Assembly: GCA_041690595.1 (NCBI GenBank)
Contig: JAWLHB010000036.1
Coordinates: 1-64,000, forward strand
DNA from: Lentisphaeria bacterium
Lineage (GTDB): Bacteria > Verrucomicrobiota > Lentisphaeria > JABSQK01 > JAWLHB01
Direction: 5' to 3'
DNA length: 64,000 nucleotides
Under the pieces are notes generated by a model that saw only the letters and a list, made by a program, of their open reading frames with translations, was not told the origin of the DNA and searched no databases. This document shows, in pieces, positions 9,485 to 20,404 of the stretch. Both the position numbers and the translations under genes were made by a program. Position 1 is the first letter of the stretch. The number at the start of each line of letters is the position of its first letter.

Positions 9485-10432
9485 TCAGGGCACAAGCCGC
9501 GCCCGGCAGCGGGCATAGGCTTCGGCCTGTTCGGTCAGGCCGTATTCCCGGCAGTACGCAATCAGCTCCGCATACCGCCGCGCAGGATCCGACTGCGTGT
9601 TCCAGCATAGCTTGTTCAGGCAGCTGGGACACAGGTACAGCGGGCGCGACGCAACGTCCTCCTGGCTGGTCGCCCCATTCATCATGCAGGTGTAGGCGAT
9701 ACAGTGCTCCATGTCCAGAATATGTGCCACCTCATGGGCCGCCAGCCGCAGCGTCGGCAGCAGCACCTGGCGGAATGCCTCCGGTTCCGCCGTCGGAACC
9801 CCGAAGCGATAGGTGGAGATCACGCTCACCCGCTGTTGCCGCACCGTATGCGCGACGACGTAGTCGCCAAATTCCTTTCCCGGCCACAGATCGATGTTGG
9901 CCAAGCCGACAATGGCGATGGCTTTCTCTGCCCGTCGCGGCTGCAGGAGCTCCGTCGCCACATACGTCGTCAGCAATTGGCGCTCGCCATGCTGCGGATG
10001 AAAGCGTCGGGCGTTCGCCGGCAGATCGGCAACGGGCACCACCGGCAGCAGCCGCACGGGAATCTGGAAGAAACGCTTGATAAACTCCCCGACGGCACTC
10101 TGCAGCTGCTGGTGGCTTACGGTGGGTTCCCCAAGCGGTTGCAGGTGGAGGACCGAGAATTCCACCCCGGGCCGGACAAGAGCGCGCAGGCGGTAGTCCG
10201 CCACCGATTGTCCCGGATCTCGATAAAGGTCGCGCCAGCTGCCGGGCCGCGGGGCGCTCAGCCGGGTGAAGAGGGGCTTCAGGCTCTCGAAGGGAGTATC
10301 GAGCGTCTCCGCCGCCAAGGTATCCGCTCGCTCCCTGCCCGGCCACTCCACCTGTTGAGCGATCCCCGGCACCGTGAAGCAGAGGAGCCATGCCGCCAAG
10401 GCCATCGCCAAAAGATGCATCGTTCTCATCAT
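9485..10432 (-). CDS. Archaemetzincin-like Zn metalloprotease (M54), secreted
   Basis: Signal peptide and HEVAHILDMEHC..CMM..LCPSC (the usual Gly of HExxHxxGxxH is Asp). Confidence 0.85.
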   Translation of the reverse strand: MMRTMHLLAMALAAWLLCFTVPGIAQQVEWPGRERADTLAAETLDTPFESLKPLFTRLSAPRPGSWRDLYRDPGQSVADYRLRALVRPGVEFSVLHLQPLGEPTVSHQQLQSAVGEFIKRFFQIPVRLLPVVPVADLPANARRFHPQHGERQLLTTYVATELLQPRRAEKAIAIVGLANIDLWPGKEFGDYVVAHTVRQQRVSVISTYRFGVPTAEPEAFRQVLLPTLRLAAHEVAHILDMEHCIAYTCMMNGATSQEDVASRPLYLCPSCLNKLCWNTQSDPARRYAELIAYCREYGLTEQAEAYARCRARLVP

Positions 10433-10496
10433 GCCATTAAACTGCTGTCTGCCAGCCAGTTGTCAACGCCTTTCACCGCGAATCCGAATTCAGGAA

Positions 10497-10523
10497 ATGG
10501 ACGGGATGGACGGGATGGACGGG
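10497..10523. repeat. 9-bp tandem repeat (ATGGACGGG)x3
   Basis: Three exact copies in an intergenic gap. Confidence 0.8.
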
Positions 10524-10630
10524 AATGGCCCTGGCGTCTCCGCGTCCTCTCTTGTGGCGGAAGCGAAATTGCGGTAGCTTAGAGGGCGAGTCAACTTACA
10601 ACATTCTTTCACCCTGTGGGAGCTACAGTC

Positions 10631-11422
10631 ATGCAATCCTTTCACGTGAGCGACGAGCAGGTGCGCCAGTTTCAGGACGATGGTTATCTTTTTGTCCCCG
10701 GGCTTTATGATCCCGATGAGATGAAGCTGCTTCTGGAGATCGGCAGAGCGGACAAGGAAAAGGCTAAGGCGGTACATGCAGCCAAAGATGCCAGCGGCCG
10801 CGAATCCAAACTCTGGCTGACCAGCGATACCGAACGCCAGGACATCTACAATGCCATCTGCCACGGCCGGCGCATGGTCGAGACCATGGCTCGCCTCATG
10901 GAGGACGAAGTCTACCTCTACCACTACAAGATGATGGTGAAGGAGCCCCGCGTCGGGGGCGCCTGGGAATGGCATCAGGACTATGGCTACTGGTACAACA
11001 ATGGCTGCCTCTATCCGGACATGGCAAGCTGCATGATCGCGGTCGACCGCGCCTATCAGGGTAACGGCTGCCTTCAGGTCCTCAAGGGGTCGCACAAACT
11101 CGGCCGCATCGAGCATGGGGTCACCGGCAGTCAGACTGGTGCCGACCAAGAGCGGGTGGCCGAGATCCAGGAGCACCTCGAGCTTGTCTACTGCGAGATG
11201 GAGCCTGGCACGGCGCTCTTCTTCCACGCCAACCTTCTCCATCGCTCCGCCCCCAACACCAGCGACGATCCTCGCTGGTCCCTCATCTGCTGCTACAACA
11301 CCAAACACAATCCGTGCCATGACAAAGGTGGCCACCCCAGCTATCGACCATTGGAGATCTGGGAAGACGGCAAGGTTCTCGACCTCGGCCGCCGCCAGCT
11401 TGCCACGCTGGTTCAGGGGTGA
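10631..11422 (+). CDS. PhyH-family Fe(II)/2-oxoglutarate dioxygenase
   Basis: WEWHQDYGYW (HxD), NGCLQVLKGSH and LLHRSAPN..R motifs. Confidence 0.9.
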   Translation: MQSFHVSDEQVRQFQDDGYLFVPGLYDPDEMKLLLEIGRADKEKAKAVHAAKDASGRESKLWLTSDTERQDIYNAICHGRRMVETMARLMEDEVYLYHYKMMVKEPRVGGAWEWHQDYGYWYNNGCLYPDMASCMIAVDRAYQGNGCLQVLKGSHKLGRIEHGVTGSQTGADQERVAEIQEHLELVYCEMEPGTALFFHANLLHRSAPNTSDDPRWSLICCYNTKHNPCHDKGGHPSYRPLEIWEDGKVLDLGRRQLATLVQG

Positions 11423-12126
11423 TCGTTGACCGCGGTACAGCGCAGATCGTCGAAGTAGAAGCGGAAACCGCGGCGCAGTGGCGGCAGGTTGATCATCAGC
11501 AGCATCTTTGGCGTGTGGGCAGCCGTGCTGGCAAAGGCGAGCGGCGGCCCACACGCCTGCTCCCCGCCATCGGGCAGCAGGCGGTCGACGCGGCAGTAGG
11601 CGGTGCTCCCCTCTTTTTCCGTCGGCAGCCAGAAGTTGAGGCGATACCAGCTATTCTGCTCATAGCGGGCCACCTTTCCGCCCCCCAGCCCCAGCGGTGG
11701 ATCCTTCATGTAGGTGTGCAGGGAGAAGGTCGAATAGCGGAAGGCCATGGCCATGTCTCGTTTGCCGCCATGGCGCAGTTCCATTCCCAAGTGGGCGCGC
11801 GAGCCGCTCCCCTCCACGCGAAAGGCCAGGCTGAGCAGGACAAAGCCCTCGCTGAAGTGGGGCAGGCTTGTCTGCAAGCCCCATTGCGCGAGATTGCTCC
11901 CGGTGTAGCGGTCGAGCACCATGGCGTGGCGCCCACTCGCCGCGGTGAGGTTGGAGACAAGGAACTGGTCGTCCCCCTGCTCACCCCAGGCCCGGCTCCA
12001 CCCCTTCGGCAGATCGCCGGGCACCTGCTCTTCGAAATCCTGATGCCAGCCGCCCTCGCCGGCACACACCGGGACTATCGGCAACGCCAGGAGACTCAGC
12101 AGCAGGTAGTAGAGGTTTCGCTTCAC
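11413..12126 (-). CDS. Secreted hypothetical protein (beta-sandwich/CBM-like)
   Basis: Signal peptide, QDFE start and FYFDDL end typical of jelly-roll modules. Start overlaps the upstream stop. Confidence 0.6.
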   Translation of the reverse strand: MKRNLYYLLLSLLALPIVPVCAGEGGWHQDFEEQVPGDLPKGWSRAWGEQGDDQFLVSNLTAASGRHAMVLDRYTGSNLAQWGLQTSLPHFSEGFVLLSLAFRVEGSGSRAHLGMELRHGGKRDMAMAFRYSTFSLHTYMKDPPLGLGGGKVARYEQNSWYRLNFWLPTEKEGSTAYCRVDRLLPDGGEQACGPPLAFASTAAHTPKMLLMINLPPLRRGFRFYFDDLRCTAVNDHP

Positions 12127-15100
12127 CAGTAGTGGTACTCGTAGGGGTCGAAGAAGGTGGCATCTTCCGGATAGAGTGAGAGTTCGGTATCTTCCCCGGC
12201 GTTCTCCTCTTCTATCCCGGGCCGGGCGAGGTTCGCCCAGAAACCGAAGCCCTTGCTCCCCGACAGCACCTTGATCGTGAGGATATTCTCACCTTCCCGC
12301 AAGGCCAGGTCGACCAAGTGGCGGTTGGGCTTCGGTGAACCATGGCCGTTGGTGACCCGATAGACCAGCTCTCCATTCAGCCACACCTGCAGCCAGTAAT
12401 CCACCCCCAGCCGCAGCTGCGCCCGGCGCGCCTGGGGACTGTTGATGGTGCGCGTGGCATAGGCAACCGCCAGCCCCTCCGGTGTGAGTGCGGTGCCCAA
12501 ATCGACAAAGCCATTGGCGTTGGCGGTCACCGTTTTGCGGAAGTCCAGCAGAGCGCCATCCTGCCGCCGATAGGTGATGTTGGGATTGGTATCGCCGGCC
12601 ACCGCCGCCTCCTCGCCCGGCATCGCCGTCGCCAGGACGACTGCCGCTTCCTGCGCCGGAGGAACAAACGGCCCCAGCACATGCCAACTCTTGAGATCCT
12701 CGAAGGCAGCGCCCGCGCGCAACTGGCAGAGTCGGCGCGCCATTGCCTCGGCCGGTGTCGCGCCGGCATTGGTCAGCACCCGCGCCGTCAGTTGCCGCAG
12801 CCGGAAGACGCTGGTGCGCATCGCATTGCGCCGCGCCATATCCTCCGCATGGCGTGCCGCCAGCTCCTCGCTGGAGGCCTGCAGAAAGATCAGTTGCCCC
12901 GCGCCAAGCTCCCGCGTCAGAAAGAGGCCGTTGCCCGCGACTGTCGAGCCCTCGGGCTGCCCCTGCTCGGTGAAGGTTGCGCATGAGAGTGCATCCCGCC
13001 AGCGGAGCAGGCGCGGACCGATGCTCCGGAAGGGTTCCCCAGCCGGTGCAGGGACGCGATAGAGGCTCGCCGCTTCAGTCGGATAGCCGGCTGCCTGGAG
13101 CAGTTCGGGTTCCTTTGGCAGGATCACCGCCCGGGCGCCCCCGCGAACCGCATCGAGCAGCTTCGCATCATCTGGAGAGACGCCGCCGCCGGCGATGTAG
13201 AGAGCATTCGGTCCAGCATCTGACGTTGCGCCATCGATCCCCAGTGCCGCCAGATCGTCATTCCCCAGGACGATGGTTGGCCGGGTCGCTTGCCGCGTGC
13301 CGTCCGCCGCTGCCTTGAGGAGATTGGCCGCCAGTAGGGTCGCCGCCGGCTCCACGCCGACCCGCCCCGTCAGGTCGAGGGTGCAGAAGTAGACGGTGCC
13401 CCGCCCGTAGCGCCACTGCAGCAGCGGCGAGTAGTCCAGATCGAACTCGCCGTCGAGCAATGGGGTGAAGCCGACGACGGTCGGGATGCGCAGGACAACG
13501 CTGGCCACGGTGTTGCGGCTGCTCCCTTTGGGGGCGCGCAGGGCGTCATGATCGTAGGCTCGGCGGTACTCGGGCAGGAGGTCGGGGGTGCCGCGCCAGT
13601 CGCGCAACTCCCGATCCCGCAAGCCGGCGACGATGGGCGAGCTCTCGTCGGTGATGAAGATTCGCCGCGAATGGAGGTCGTCGGGCAGAAAACCAAGTCC
13701 TTCCCACATCGCCGGGAGCTGCTCGCAGACCAGGACATTCAGGCCGCGCGCGATCTCCGCCGGGGTGTACGGCAGTCGTGCTCCCGGGGTGAGCGCCTCC
13801 CGCCCCACGATCAACAGCGCGTAGTCATCCAGAGCATCTCCCGGCTCGATCGCGTTGGCCGTGACGCCCAGGCTCTCCAGCCACGGGCGGGTTCTGTTCG
13901 CGGGATCCCAAAGGGCGACGCGTCCGTTGAGCGTCAGCGGCGCGGACGGCGGAAAGATCGTCAACGTCAAGCTTTCCCCGCTGACGTGGCGGTCCTCGTC
14001 GTGGACGGCGAGTGACAGCTCCAGATCCGTGCGCTCGGAGACGGTCGGTGCCGTGAAGGCAATCGGCGTGAAGCGCGTGTCGCCGACCTGCAGTGTCAGC
14101 GTTTCCTCGCCGTGGCGCAGGATCTCGTCGCCCCGGCGGAGTTCCCACCGGACCTTCAACCGGCGCTGCCCCGGACCGTCCCAGACGATGGCGATCTGCT
14201 TGCGCACCTCTTCGCCGCCCTGGTAGCTGTGCGTCTTGTCGGTGAAGTCGGGGGCACCGGCCAGATAGGCGAGAAGGGGCTGCATGTTGGCGCTGTGGAT
14301 GTCGTAGTTGGGACTGGCCCACTCCGGCCGAGAGGTCACGGGCTCTTGCAGCACGGCATAGCGGCTGAAGACGCTGATCTTCGCATCGGGCGGATCCCCA
14401 TAGCCCACGCTGAAGTTGAAGTAGTGCCAGCCAAGGACACCCCAGCTTCGCCATGCCCGATCGGTATGTCGCACGTAGAGGTCGCGCACCTGCCAGTACA
14501 TGGGGAAGTTGGGCAACGCGCTCTTGAGCGAATTGCCATGCCCCCTGTTCCCCAGCCCGATGTCGATGGTCTGCCGCAACAGCTCTTCCGGCTCGGCATG
14601 ATACGCCTCGTTACCGAAGTAGATGGCGGCGTACTCCGTCCCCAGAAACTGGCTCCCCTTGTACCAGGTGCCGTCATAGGGGAGGGCGAACTCCGCCGCA
14701 AAGTAGGGCATGTTGCCTTTCTCCGCCCACACCTCCGGGTAATCCTCGACCTCCTGCAGCGGCATGAAGTTGGGATAGGTGTTGGCGCTGGCGATATCCG
14801 TCAGATTGCCATCCGCATGCGCATAGACCAGGCGCGTTGGATCATGCGCCTTGACGAATGACATCGCCTGCTCGATCACCTTCACCTGTGGATGCGTATA
14901 CTCGGACCGCTGCCCCATCGTCTCCGGGTGAATGGCATCGCGCGGGTTGTAGGAATTCATGGCGACACACCATGCGAGGAGGCTTGGGCGGTTGCGGTAA
15001 CGCTTCACCCAGAGCGCCGTCTCACGCTCGAAATCTCGCCGCGCCACCGGGTCCTCGAGCAGCAATGTGCGGATGTTGGAGACGGTCGGCGCGAGCAGCA

Positions 15101-16220
15101 GCAGTCCAACGCCGTTCTCGTCGAGCAGATCCAGCAGCTCGTCACTTACATAGGGGGTCTCGGCCCAGTCACACCACCAGGCAGTCGGGTTGTTCTGCTG
15201 ATAGACCACATTGCGGCCGAGCAGCTTGAGCAACGGCAGCGAGTTCTGGTTCAAGCCGAAGCTCGTCCACTCGATCCGCCATCTGGAAAGGTGCCCGTTG
15301 AGGTACAACTCCCGACCGCTGGTCCAGATCTCGCGAAAGCCGAAGCGTTGCGGTGCGCTTGCATCCAGTTCCCCATCCGGCCCCACCAGCCGTAGCTCCA
15401 CGTGGTAAAGATACGGTGCCTCCAGCTCCCAAGGGATCGGATCCGCCCATGGCGACGATAGCTCCACTGTCGTGATGCCGGGGGCAAGCTGCAGAGGATC
15501 GCCGGTGAACTTCAGCACCTCCGCGCCGCCGGCGTCCTTCACCGATGCCTCCAGGCGTGCGCCGCGAACCGGGGCGGTCGCGTCGATCGTGCAATGAAGG
15601 GTCAGCCGCTTCTCCCTCCAGGATGTCTGGATGAAGGTATCGCTGATCCCGGCGGGACTCGGCAGGCGGATCAGATCGACTGGCGCGCTGACGCCCAGCC
15701 CCCACCTGCTCAGTGGGAGATTGCGCCCCTCTGGCCCCCGGCTCCGATATCGCAGCGGATCTTCCGTGAAGCCGCGCGAAATGCCCGTATAGTCGCGAGT
15801 GACAAAGAGTCTCACCTCGTTCTCGCCGCCGAACTGAATGGCCGGCGTCAGCTCGATCTCCCCGCCGGGGCGCAGCAGTTCGCCGATGCGCTCGCCATTG
15901 CAGAAGACGATGGCATCCCCCTCGATCCGGCGGAAGTTGAGCCGCAGACGGCTACCGCTCCACTCCGCGGGTACATCGACGGTCTGCGCGTACCAGAGCG
16001 AGCCCAGGTTCTGCAGGTCGACGCTCTTCCACGTCGCCACGCGCCGAATGGCCCCCTTCCAGGCCGAAGAGGTGGCATCCACCGTGCCCCACTCCTCTCC
16101 CGGCGCTTCATCCGGGGCCGATGCCGGTTGTAGTCGCCACGTTCCCGGCAACGGCCGCATCTCGGCGGCGCCAAGGGGGAGGGCCGCAGCCAGGAGGAGG
16201 ACTGCAAGGAAGCGTTGCAT
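12123..16220 (-). CDS. Large secreted GH2-like glycoside hydrolase
   Basis: Signal peptide, sugar-binding domain, RFGFREI and RYRNRPSLLAW motifs. ATG overlaps the upstream TAA. Confidence 0.75.
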   Translation of the reverse strand: MQRFLAVLLLAAALPLGAAEMRPLPGTWRLQPASAPDEAPGEEWGTVDATSSAWKGAIRRVATWKSVDLQNLGSLWYAQTVDVPAEWSGSRLRLNFRRIEGDAIVFCNGERIGELLRPGGEIELTPAIQFGGENEVRLFVTRDYTGISRGFTEDPLRYRSRGPEGRNLPLSRWGLGVSAPVDLIRLPSPAGISDTFIQTSWREKRLTLHCTIDATAPVRGARLEASVKDAGGAEVLKFTGDPLQLAPGITTVELSSPWADPIPWELEAPYLYHVELRLVGPDGELDASAPQRFGFREIWTSGRELYLNGHLSRWRIEWTSFGLNQNSLPLLKLLGRNVVYQQNNPTAWWCDWAETPYVSDELLDLLDENGVGLLLLAPTVSNIRTLLLEDPVARRDFERETALWVKRYRNRPSLLAWCVAMNSYNPRDAIHPETMGQRSEYTHPQVKVIEQAMSFVKAHDPTRLVYAHADGNLTDIASANTYPNFMPLQEVEDYPEVWAEKGNMPYFAAEFALPYDGTWYKGSQFLGTEYAAIYFGNEAYHAEPEELLRQTIDIGLGNRGHGNSLKSALPNFPMYWQVRDLYVRHTDRAWRSWGVLGWHYFNFSVGYGDPPDAKISVFSRYAVLQEPVTSRPEWASPNYDIHSANMQPLLAYLAGAPDFTDKTHSYQGGEEVRKQIAIVWDGPGQRRLKVRWELRRGDEILRHGEETLTLQVGDTRFTPIAFTAPTVSERTDLELSLAVHDEDRHVSGESLTLTIFPPSAPLTLNGRVALWDPANRTRPWLESLGVTANAIEPGDALDDYALLIVGREALTPGARLPYTPAEIARGLNVLVCEQLPAMWEGLGFLPDDLHSRRIFITDESSPIVAGLRDRELRDWRGTPDLLPEYRRAYDHDALRAPKGSSRNTVASVVLRIPTVVGFTPLLDGEFDLDYSPLLQWRYGRGTVYFCTLDLTGRVGVEPAATLLAANLLKAAADGTRQATRPTIVLGNDDLAALGIDGATSDAGPNALYIAGGGVSPDDAKLLDAVRGGARAVILPKEPELLQAAGYPTEAASLYRVPAPAGEPFRSIGPRLLRWRDALSCATFTEQGQPEGSTVAGNGLFLTRELGAGQLIFLQASSEELAARHAEDMARRNAMRTSVFRLRQLTARVLTNAGATPAEAMARRLCQLRAGAAFEDLKSWHVLGPFVPPAQEAAVVLATAMPGEEAAVAGDTNPNITYRRQDGALLDFRKTVTANANGFVDLGTALTPEGLAVAYATRTINSPQARRAQLRLGVDYWLQVWLNGELVYRVTNGHGSPKPNRHLVDLALREGENILTIKVLSGSKGFGFWANLARPGIEEENAGEDTELSLYPEDATFFDPYEYHYW

Positions 16221-16948
16221 TACCATGTGCGCCCCCACGGGTATTTTGCCTTGGAGGTGGCGCCCAGCGGATAGCGGATCGGCGCGGGTGAACTGCTGCT
16301 CCCGCATATGGTGCCGTCCGGCAATCGCGTATCCACCGATTCGACGTGTCCGTCCACCATGACCAGATTCACCCTGCCGTTATGGCGGATATCCAGATAC
16401 TGGTTCCAGTAGCGCGCGCTGTGCATGTGCGTATCCACGAACATGAAGGTCAGCTCCGGATGGGTCACCCGCGACAGGTGCGTGTGCCTTGGATTGTAGT
16501 CGAAAAGCTGATCGGACGAGCCATAGGTGCTGTAGACGACGTTGCCCCATGTCCCGCTGTACGAAACGTAGAACGACATGCGGCTGGTAACCGGACAGTG
16601 CATCACCGACGAGAGCCAGGGACCCGGCATGCTGCCAGCGCCGGTCACCGGGTTCAGCTCCATTGCGAGCGTCGCCACCGGATACCCGTCCTTGCTCGAA
16701 CTGGTCTCATCATCCAGACGATTGCAGGGAAAAAATTCGCCGCTATCGGTTACGTAGCCGAACATCGCCAGCCCGATCTGCTTCAGGTTGTTGATGCAGG
16801 CGGTCGCCTTTGCCCGGCCGCGCGCCTTGCTCAAGGCCGGAAGCAGCATGGACGCGAGAATGGCGATTATCGCCACCACCACCAGCAGCTCGATGAGGGT
16901 AAAGGATCGTTTCCGCGGCATTGTTCGCGTGTGCATGTCAAACTCCAT
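16220..16948 (-). CDS. Prepilin-type N-terminal cleavage/methylation protein with H-X9-DG domain (DUF1559-like)
   Basis: [33 protein letters not shown] and [15 protein letters not shown] motifs. Confidence 0.92.
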   Translation of the reverse strand: MEFDMHTRTMPRKRSFTLIELLVVVAIIAILASMLLPALSKARGRAKATACINNLKQIGLAMFGYVTDSGEFFPCNRLDDETSSSKDGYPVATLAMELNPVTGAGSMPGPWLSSVMHCPVTSRMSFYVSYSGTWGNVVYSTYGSSDQLFDYNPRHTHLSRVTHPELTFMFVDTHMHSARYWNQYLDIRHNGRVNLVMVDGHVESVDTRLPDGTICGSSSSPAPIRYPLGATSKAKYPWGRTW

Positions 16949-16967
16949 GTGTTGAGGTTGGCTTCAA

Positions 16968-18044
16968 TCATGAGGATGCGCCCTCGATCAGGATTGGCGC
17001 AATCTTTCCGGGAACAGCGTGTTGGCCCGGCGGCAACGGCAGGCCGGACTGACGCAGGAACGTATAGGTGGCGACCACATTGTCGCGCGGATCGCAGACC
17101 AGCCGGGTCAGCGCCTTCGGGAAGAAATGTTCGCAGCCGCGGTTCTCGTGTGTGACCAGCGCCACCTGCTCCGGCATCCGCAGCCCCAACTCCGCAAGCG
17201 CAAAGAGTACTCCCTTGGTGTTGAGATCGTGGTTGACAAGAATCGCATCTGGAAGCGGCCCCGCTTCCTGGAAGCGCTGCCGTATGTAGTCGTAGGCGGC
17301 CTGGTCGGTATCCATCAGCATGACGGGTTCCGGCGGCGGGCCTTCCATACCCGCCTGTCGCCACGCGGCTGCCGCGCCGCTCCGTTCCTCGGCCAGCACC
17401 GTCTCGGCCAGATGGGTCGGGGTGTTGTCGGGTGAAACCAGCGAGAGCAGCAGTGGCCGCCGCCGCCCCCGCTTCAGCAGGTGCTCCAGCCCCATGCGTA
17501 CCCGCGCTTCCGTATCGTTTTCCGGCGGCAGCAGGATCGGCAGATCCGTCTGGTCCTCCATCCAGTGGCCAAGCAAACCACTCAGGTAGATCGACACCAG
17601 ACATCGCAGCTGGCCGTCGCGGATATCCTGCTCCAGCTCGCGTACCGACGACAGAAAGGTCGATTCCTCAAGGAAGAGGTACGCCTTTACATCCATGTTC
17701 AGATGGCGTCCTTCGCGGAAGAAGCAAGCCAGTGTCTCCCGGTAAAAGCCGCTGCTGCTGGTGAAGGGATCCTTGCCGAAAACCACCCCCACCGTCGAGC
17801 TGGCCACTCCCGCGGTGACGAAGGTGCCCCGTCGCGGCATCCGCTTGATCAGCCCACGGCGAACCAGACGCCCCAGCGCCCGCTGCAAGGTATCCCGCGA
17901 CACCCCGAACATCTCCAGCAGTTCCGGGGTGTTCGGTAACCTGTCGTTCGGCCGCAGCGTCCCCGAAACCACCTGGCTTTCCAGGAAATCGGCGATCTCC
18001 AGGTAGTTGCTGCGCTCCCGCAGTTGGCTCGGCACCGTAAACAT
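16968..18044 (-). CDS. GntR-type wHTH regulator with LacI-like ligand-binding domain
   Basis: LRPNDRLP..FGVSRDT..RRGTFV and C-terminal PDAILV..LGLRMPEQV. Confidence 0.88.
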   Translation of the reverse strand: MFTVPSQLRERSNYLEIADFLESQVVSGTLRPNDRLPNTPELLEMFGVSRDTLQRALGRLVRRGLIKRMPRRGTFVTAGVASSTVGVVFGKDPFTSSSGFYRETLACFFREGRHLNMDVKAYLFLEESTFLSSVRELEQDIRDGQLRCLVSIYLSGLLGHWMEDQTDLPILLPPENDTEARVRMGLEHLLKRGRRRPLLLSLVSPDNTPTHLAETVLAEERSGAAAAWRQAGMEGPPPEPVMLMDTDQAAYDYIRQRFQEAGPLPDAILVNHDLNTKGVLFALAELGLRMPEQVALVTHENRGCEHFFPKALTRLVCDPRDNVVATYTFLRQSGLPLPPGQHAVPGKIAPILIEGASS

Positions 18045-18067
18045 GGTTGTATGCCCTTGATCTACGT

Positions 18068-18104
18068 TAAGCAGAATATTCCCAGAATATTACCGCTCTG
18101 CTTA
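18068..18104. promoter_or_regulatory. Candidate operator upstream of the GntR gene
   Basis: Inverted TAAGCAGA/TCTGCTTA enclosing direct CAGAATATT x2 at 11-bp spacing. Confidence 0.4.
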
Positions 18105-18387
18105 GCGGCTGCAAGTCCAAGGAAGAAAAAAGACGCGATCGGCTTGGACGACTTGTATAGGCTGCTATCCAGCTACTTCCCTTTAGAATGGGTGAAGTTG
18201 AAAAGTTTATCAACTTATAGTATTTTTCTAATGCCGGACCGTTTTCCGGCCACACAAATTTGTCCGTGGAGCCGAAATCAAGGCACATTATGCAGGAGAG
18301 ATTGTTTACCGGAGCAGCTGGGGTAGGCATCGCGCGTGGAATGGGGGAACGGACAGAACCATGGAAACAGCAAGAGGAGCAGAGCCC

Positions 18388-20337
18388 ATGTCAGAGTCGA
18401 CCTTCCCACCCTCGAGGGAGTTTTCGGAGCAAGCGCACGTCCGAAGCCTCGAGGAGTACCATCAGCTGTATCAGGAGAGCATCGAGAATCCCGATGGCTT
18501 CTGGAGCCGAATCGCCAACGAGCAGATATCCTGGTTCGAGCCCTTCCGCAAAGTGCGCGACTACGATTTTCATAGTGCCAGGATCAGGTGGTTCATCGGC
18601 GGTAAGACGAATGTCGCCTACAACTGCCTGGATCGCCACCTGGAGAAACGGGGTGATCAGACCGCCATCATCTGGGAAGGCAATGAGCCCGGCGAAGATC
18701 GGACGCTGACCTACCGCGAATTGTACGACGACGTCTGCAAGTTCGCCAATGTTCTGAAAGCGCAGGGCGTGAAGAAGGGGGACCGCATCACCATCTATAT
18801 GCCGATGGTCCCCGAGCTGGCTATCGCCATGCTGGCGTGCGTGCGGATTGGCGCCGTCCACTCCATCGTCTTCGGTGGCTTTTCCGCGGATTCGATCCGC
18901 AATCGGGTGATCGACTCCAAGTCGACCGTCATCGTGACGACGGACGGGCTTCATCGCGGCGCCAAGCAGATCCCCATGAAGACCACGGTCGACGAGGCGG
19001 TGAAAGGGCTGGACTTCGTGAAGAGCGTCATCGTCGCCAGGCGTACAGGGGAAAAGATCCCCATGCAGGCTGACCGTGACATATGGTGGGAAGACGCCAT
19101 GAAAGCGGCGGACGCGAGCTGCCCGCCGGAGCACATGGATGCTGAAGATCCTCTCTTCATCCTCTACACCAGCGGCTCCACCGGTAAGCCCAAGGGCGTC
19201 CTTCATACGACCGCCGGTTACAATGTCTGGACCTCTTACACCCACAAGCTGACCTTCGACTATCACGACGGCGACATTTACTTCTGTGCGGCGGACATCG
19301 GCTGGATCACCGGTCACAGCTATATCATCTATGGTCCGCTGACGAACGGCGCCACGACGGTGATGTTCGAAAGCATCCCCACGTATCCGGATGCCGGCCG
19401 CTACTGGCAGGTCTGCGACAAGTGGAAGGTCAACCAGTTCTACACGGCGCCAACCGCCATACGCGCGCTCGCCCAGCAGGGCGATGCCTTCACCACGCCC
19501 TATTCGCTGAAGTCGCTGAAAGTGCTTGGCACGGTTGGTGAGCCCATCAATCCGGAAGCGTGGATGTGGTACCACAACAAGATCGGCCGGGGCACCGTGC
19601 CGATCGTCGATACATGGTGGCAGACGGAGACGGGTGGCCATATGATCACCCCGCTGCCGGGCGCGGTGCCGACCAAGCCGGGCTCCGCCACCCTGCCCTT
19701 CTTCGGCGTGCGGCCGGTCATTCTCGACCCGGTCAGCGGCAAGGAACTGCACGGCGAGTGCTCCGGTGTGCTCGCCATCAAGGAACCATGGCCGGGCATG
19801 ATGCGCGCTGTCTACGGGGATCCGGAACGCTTCAAGGAGACCTACTTCGTGCAGTATCCCGGGTACTATTTCACGGGCGACGGCTGCAAGCGCGACAAGG
19901 ACGGCTACTACTGGATCACCGGCCGCGTTGACGATGTGCTGAATGTCTCGGGCCACCGTCTGGGCACGGCTGAGATCGAGAGTGCGCTGGTGCTGCATCC
20001 CAAGGTCGCGGAAGCGGCCGTGGTGGGCTTTCCGCACGAGATCAAGGGCCAGGGCGTCTACGCCTATGTGATCATCAACCAGGGCACAAAGGGTGACGAT
20101 GCCTTGCGGGAGGAGCTGAACCAACTGGTGCGCAAGGAGATCGGGGCAATCGCCAAGGTCGATTACATCCAGTTCGCGGAAGGTCTCCCCAAGACCCGCT
20201 CCGGCAAGATCATGCGACGCATTCTGCGCAAGATCGTCGAAGGCGAGGTCGACAAGATCGGCGATACGTCGACCCTGGCCGATCCCGCCGTCGTGGAGCA
20301 ACTCATCTCCGGATGTCCGATCGCCACGAAGGCGTAA
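18388..20337 (+). CDS. acs: Acetyl-CoA synthetase
   Basis: [20 protein letters not shown] and [11 protein letters not shown] motifs. GAGGAG RBS. Confidence 0.97.
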   Translation: MSESTFPPSREFSEQAHVRSLEEYHQLYQESIENPDGFWSRIANEQISWFEPFRKVRDYDFHSARIRWFIGGKTNVAYNCLDRHLEKRGDQTAIIWEGNEPGEDRTLTYRELYDDVCKFANVLKAQGVKKGDRITIYMPMVPELAIAMLACVRIGAVHSIVFGGFSADSIRNRVIDSKSTVIVTTDGLHRGAKQIPMKTTVDEAVKGLDFVKSVIVARRTGEKIPMQADRDIWWEDAMKAADASCPPEHMDAEDPLFILYTSGSTGKPKGVLHTTAGYNVWTSYTHKLTFDYHDGDIYFCAADIGWITGHSYIIYGPLTNGATTVMFESIPTYPDAGRYWQVCDKWKVNQFYTAPTAIRALAQQGDAFTTPYSLKSLKVLGTVGEPINPEAWMWYHNKIGRGTVPIVDTWWQTETGGHMITPLPGAVPTKPGSATLPFFGVRPVILDPVSGKELHGECSGVLAIKEPWPGMMRAVYGDPERFKETYFVQYPGYYFTGDGCKRDKDGYYWITGRVDDVLNVSGHRLGTAEIESALVLHPKVAEAAVVGFPHEIKGQGVYAYVIINQGTKGDDALREELNQLVRKEIGAIAKVDYIQFAEGLPKTRSGKIMRRILRKIVEGEVDKIGDTSTLADPAVVEQLISGCPIATKA

Positions 20338-20357
20338 GCAAACCGTTGACGGGATGA

Positions 20358-20395
20358 AACCGCCTGTCCGCTCGTACCCCGGCGGACAGGCGGTT
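20358..20395. terminator. Hairpin between convergent genes
   Basis: Perfect 14-bp stem AACCGCCTGTCCGC/GCGGACAGGCGGTT. Confidence 0.7.
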
Positions 20396-20404
20396 CACCT
20401 GATC

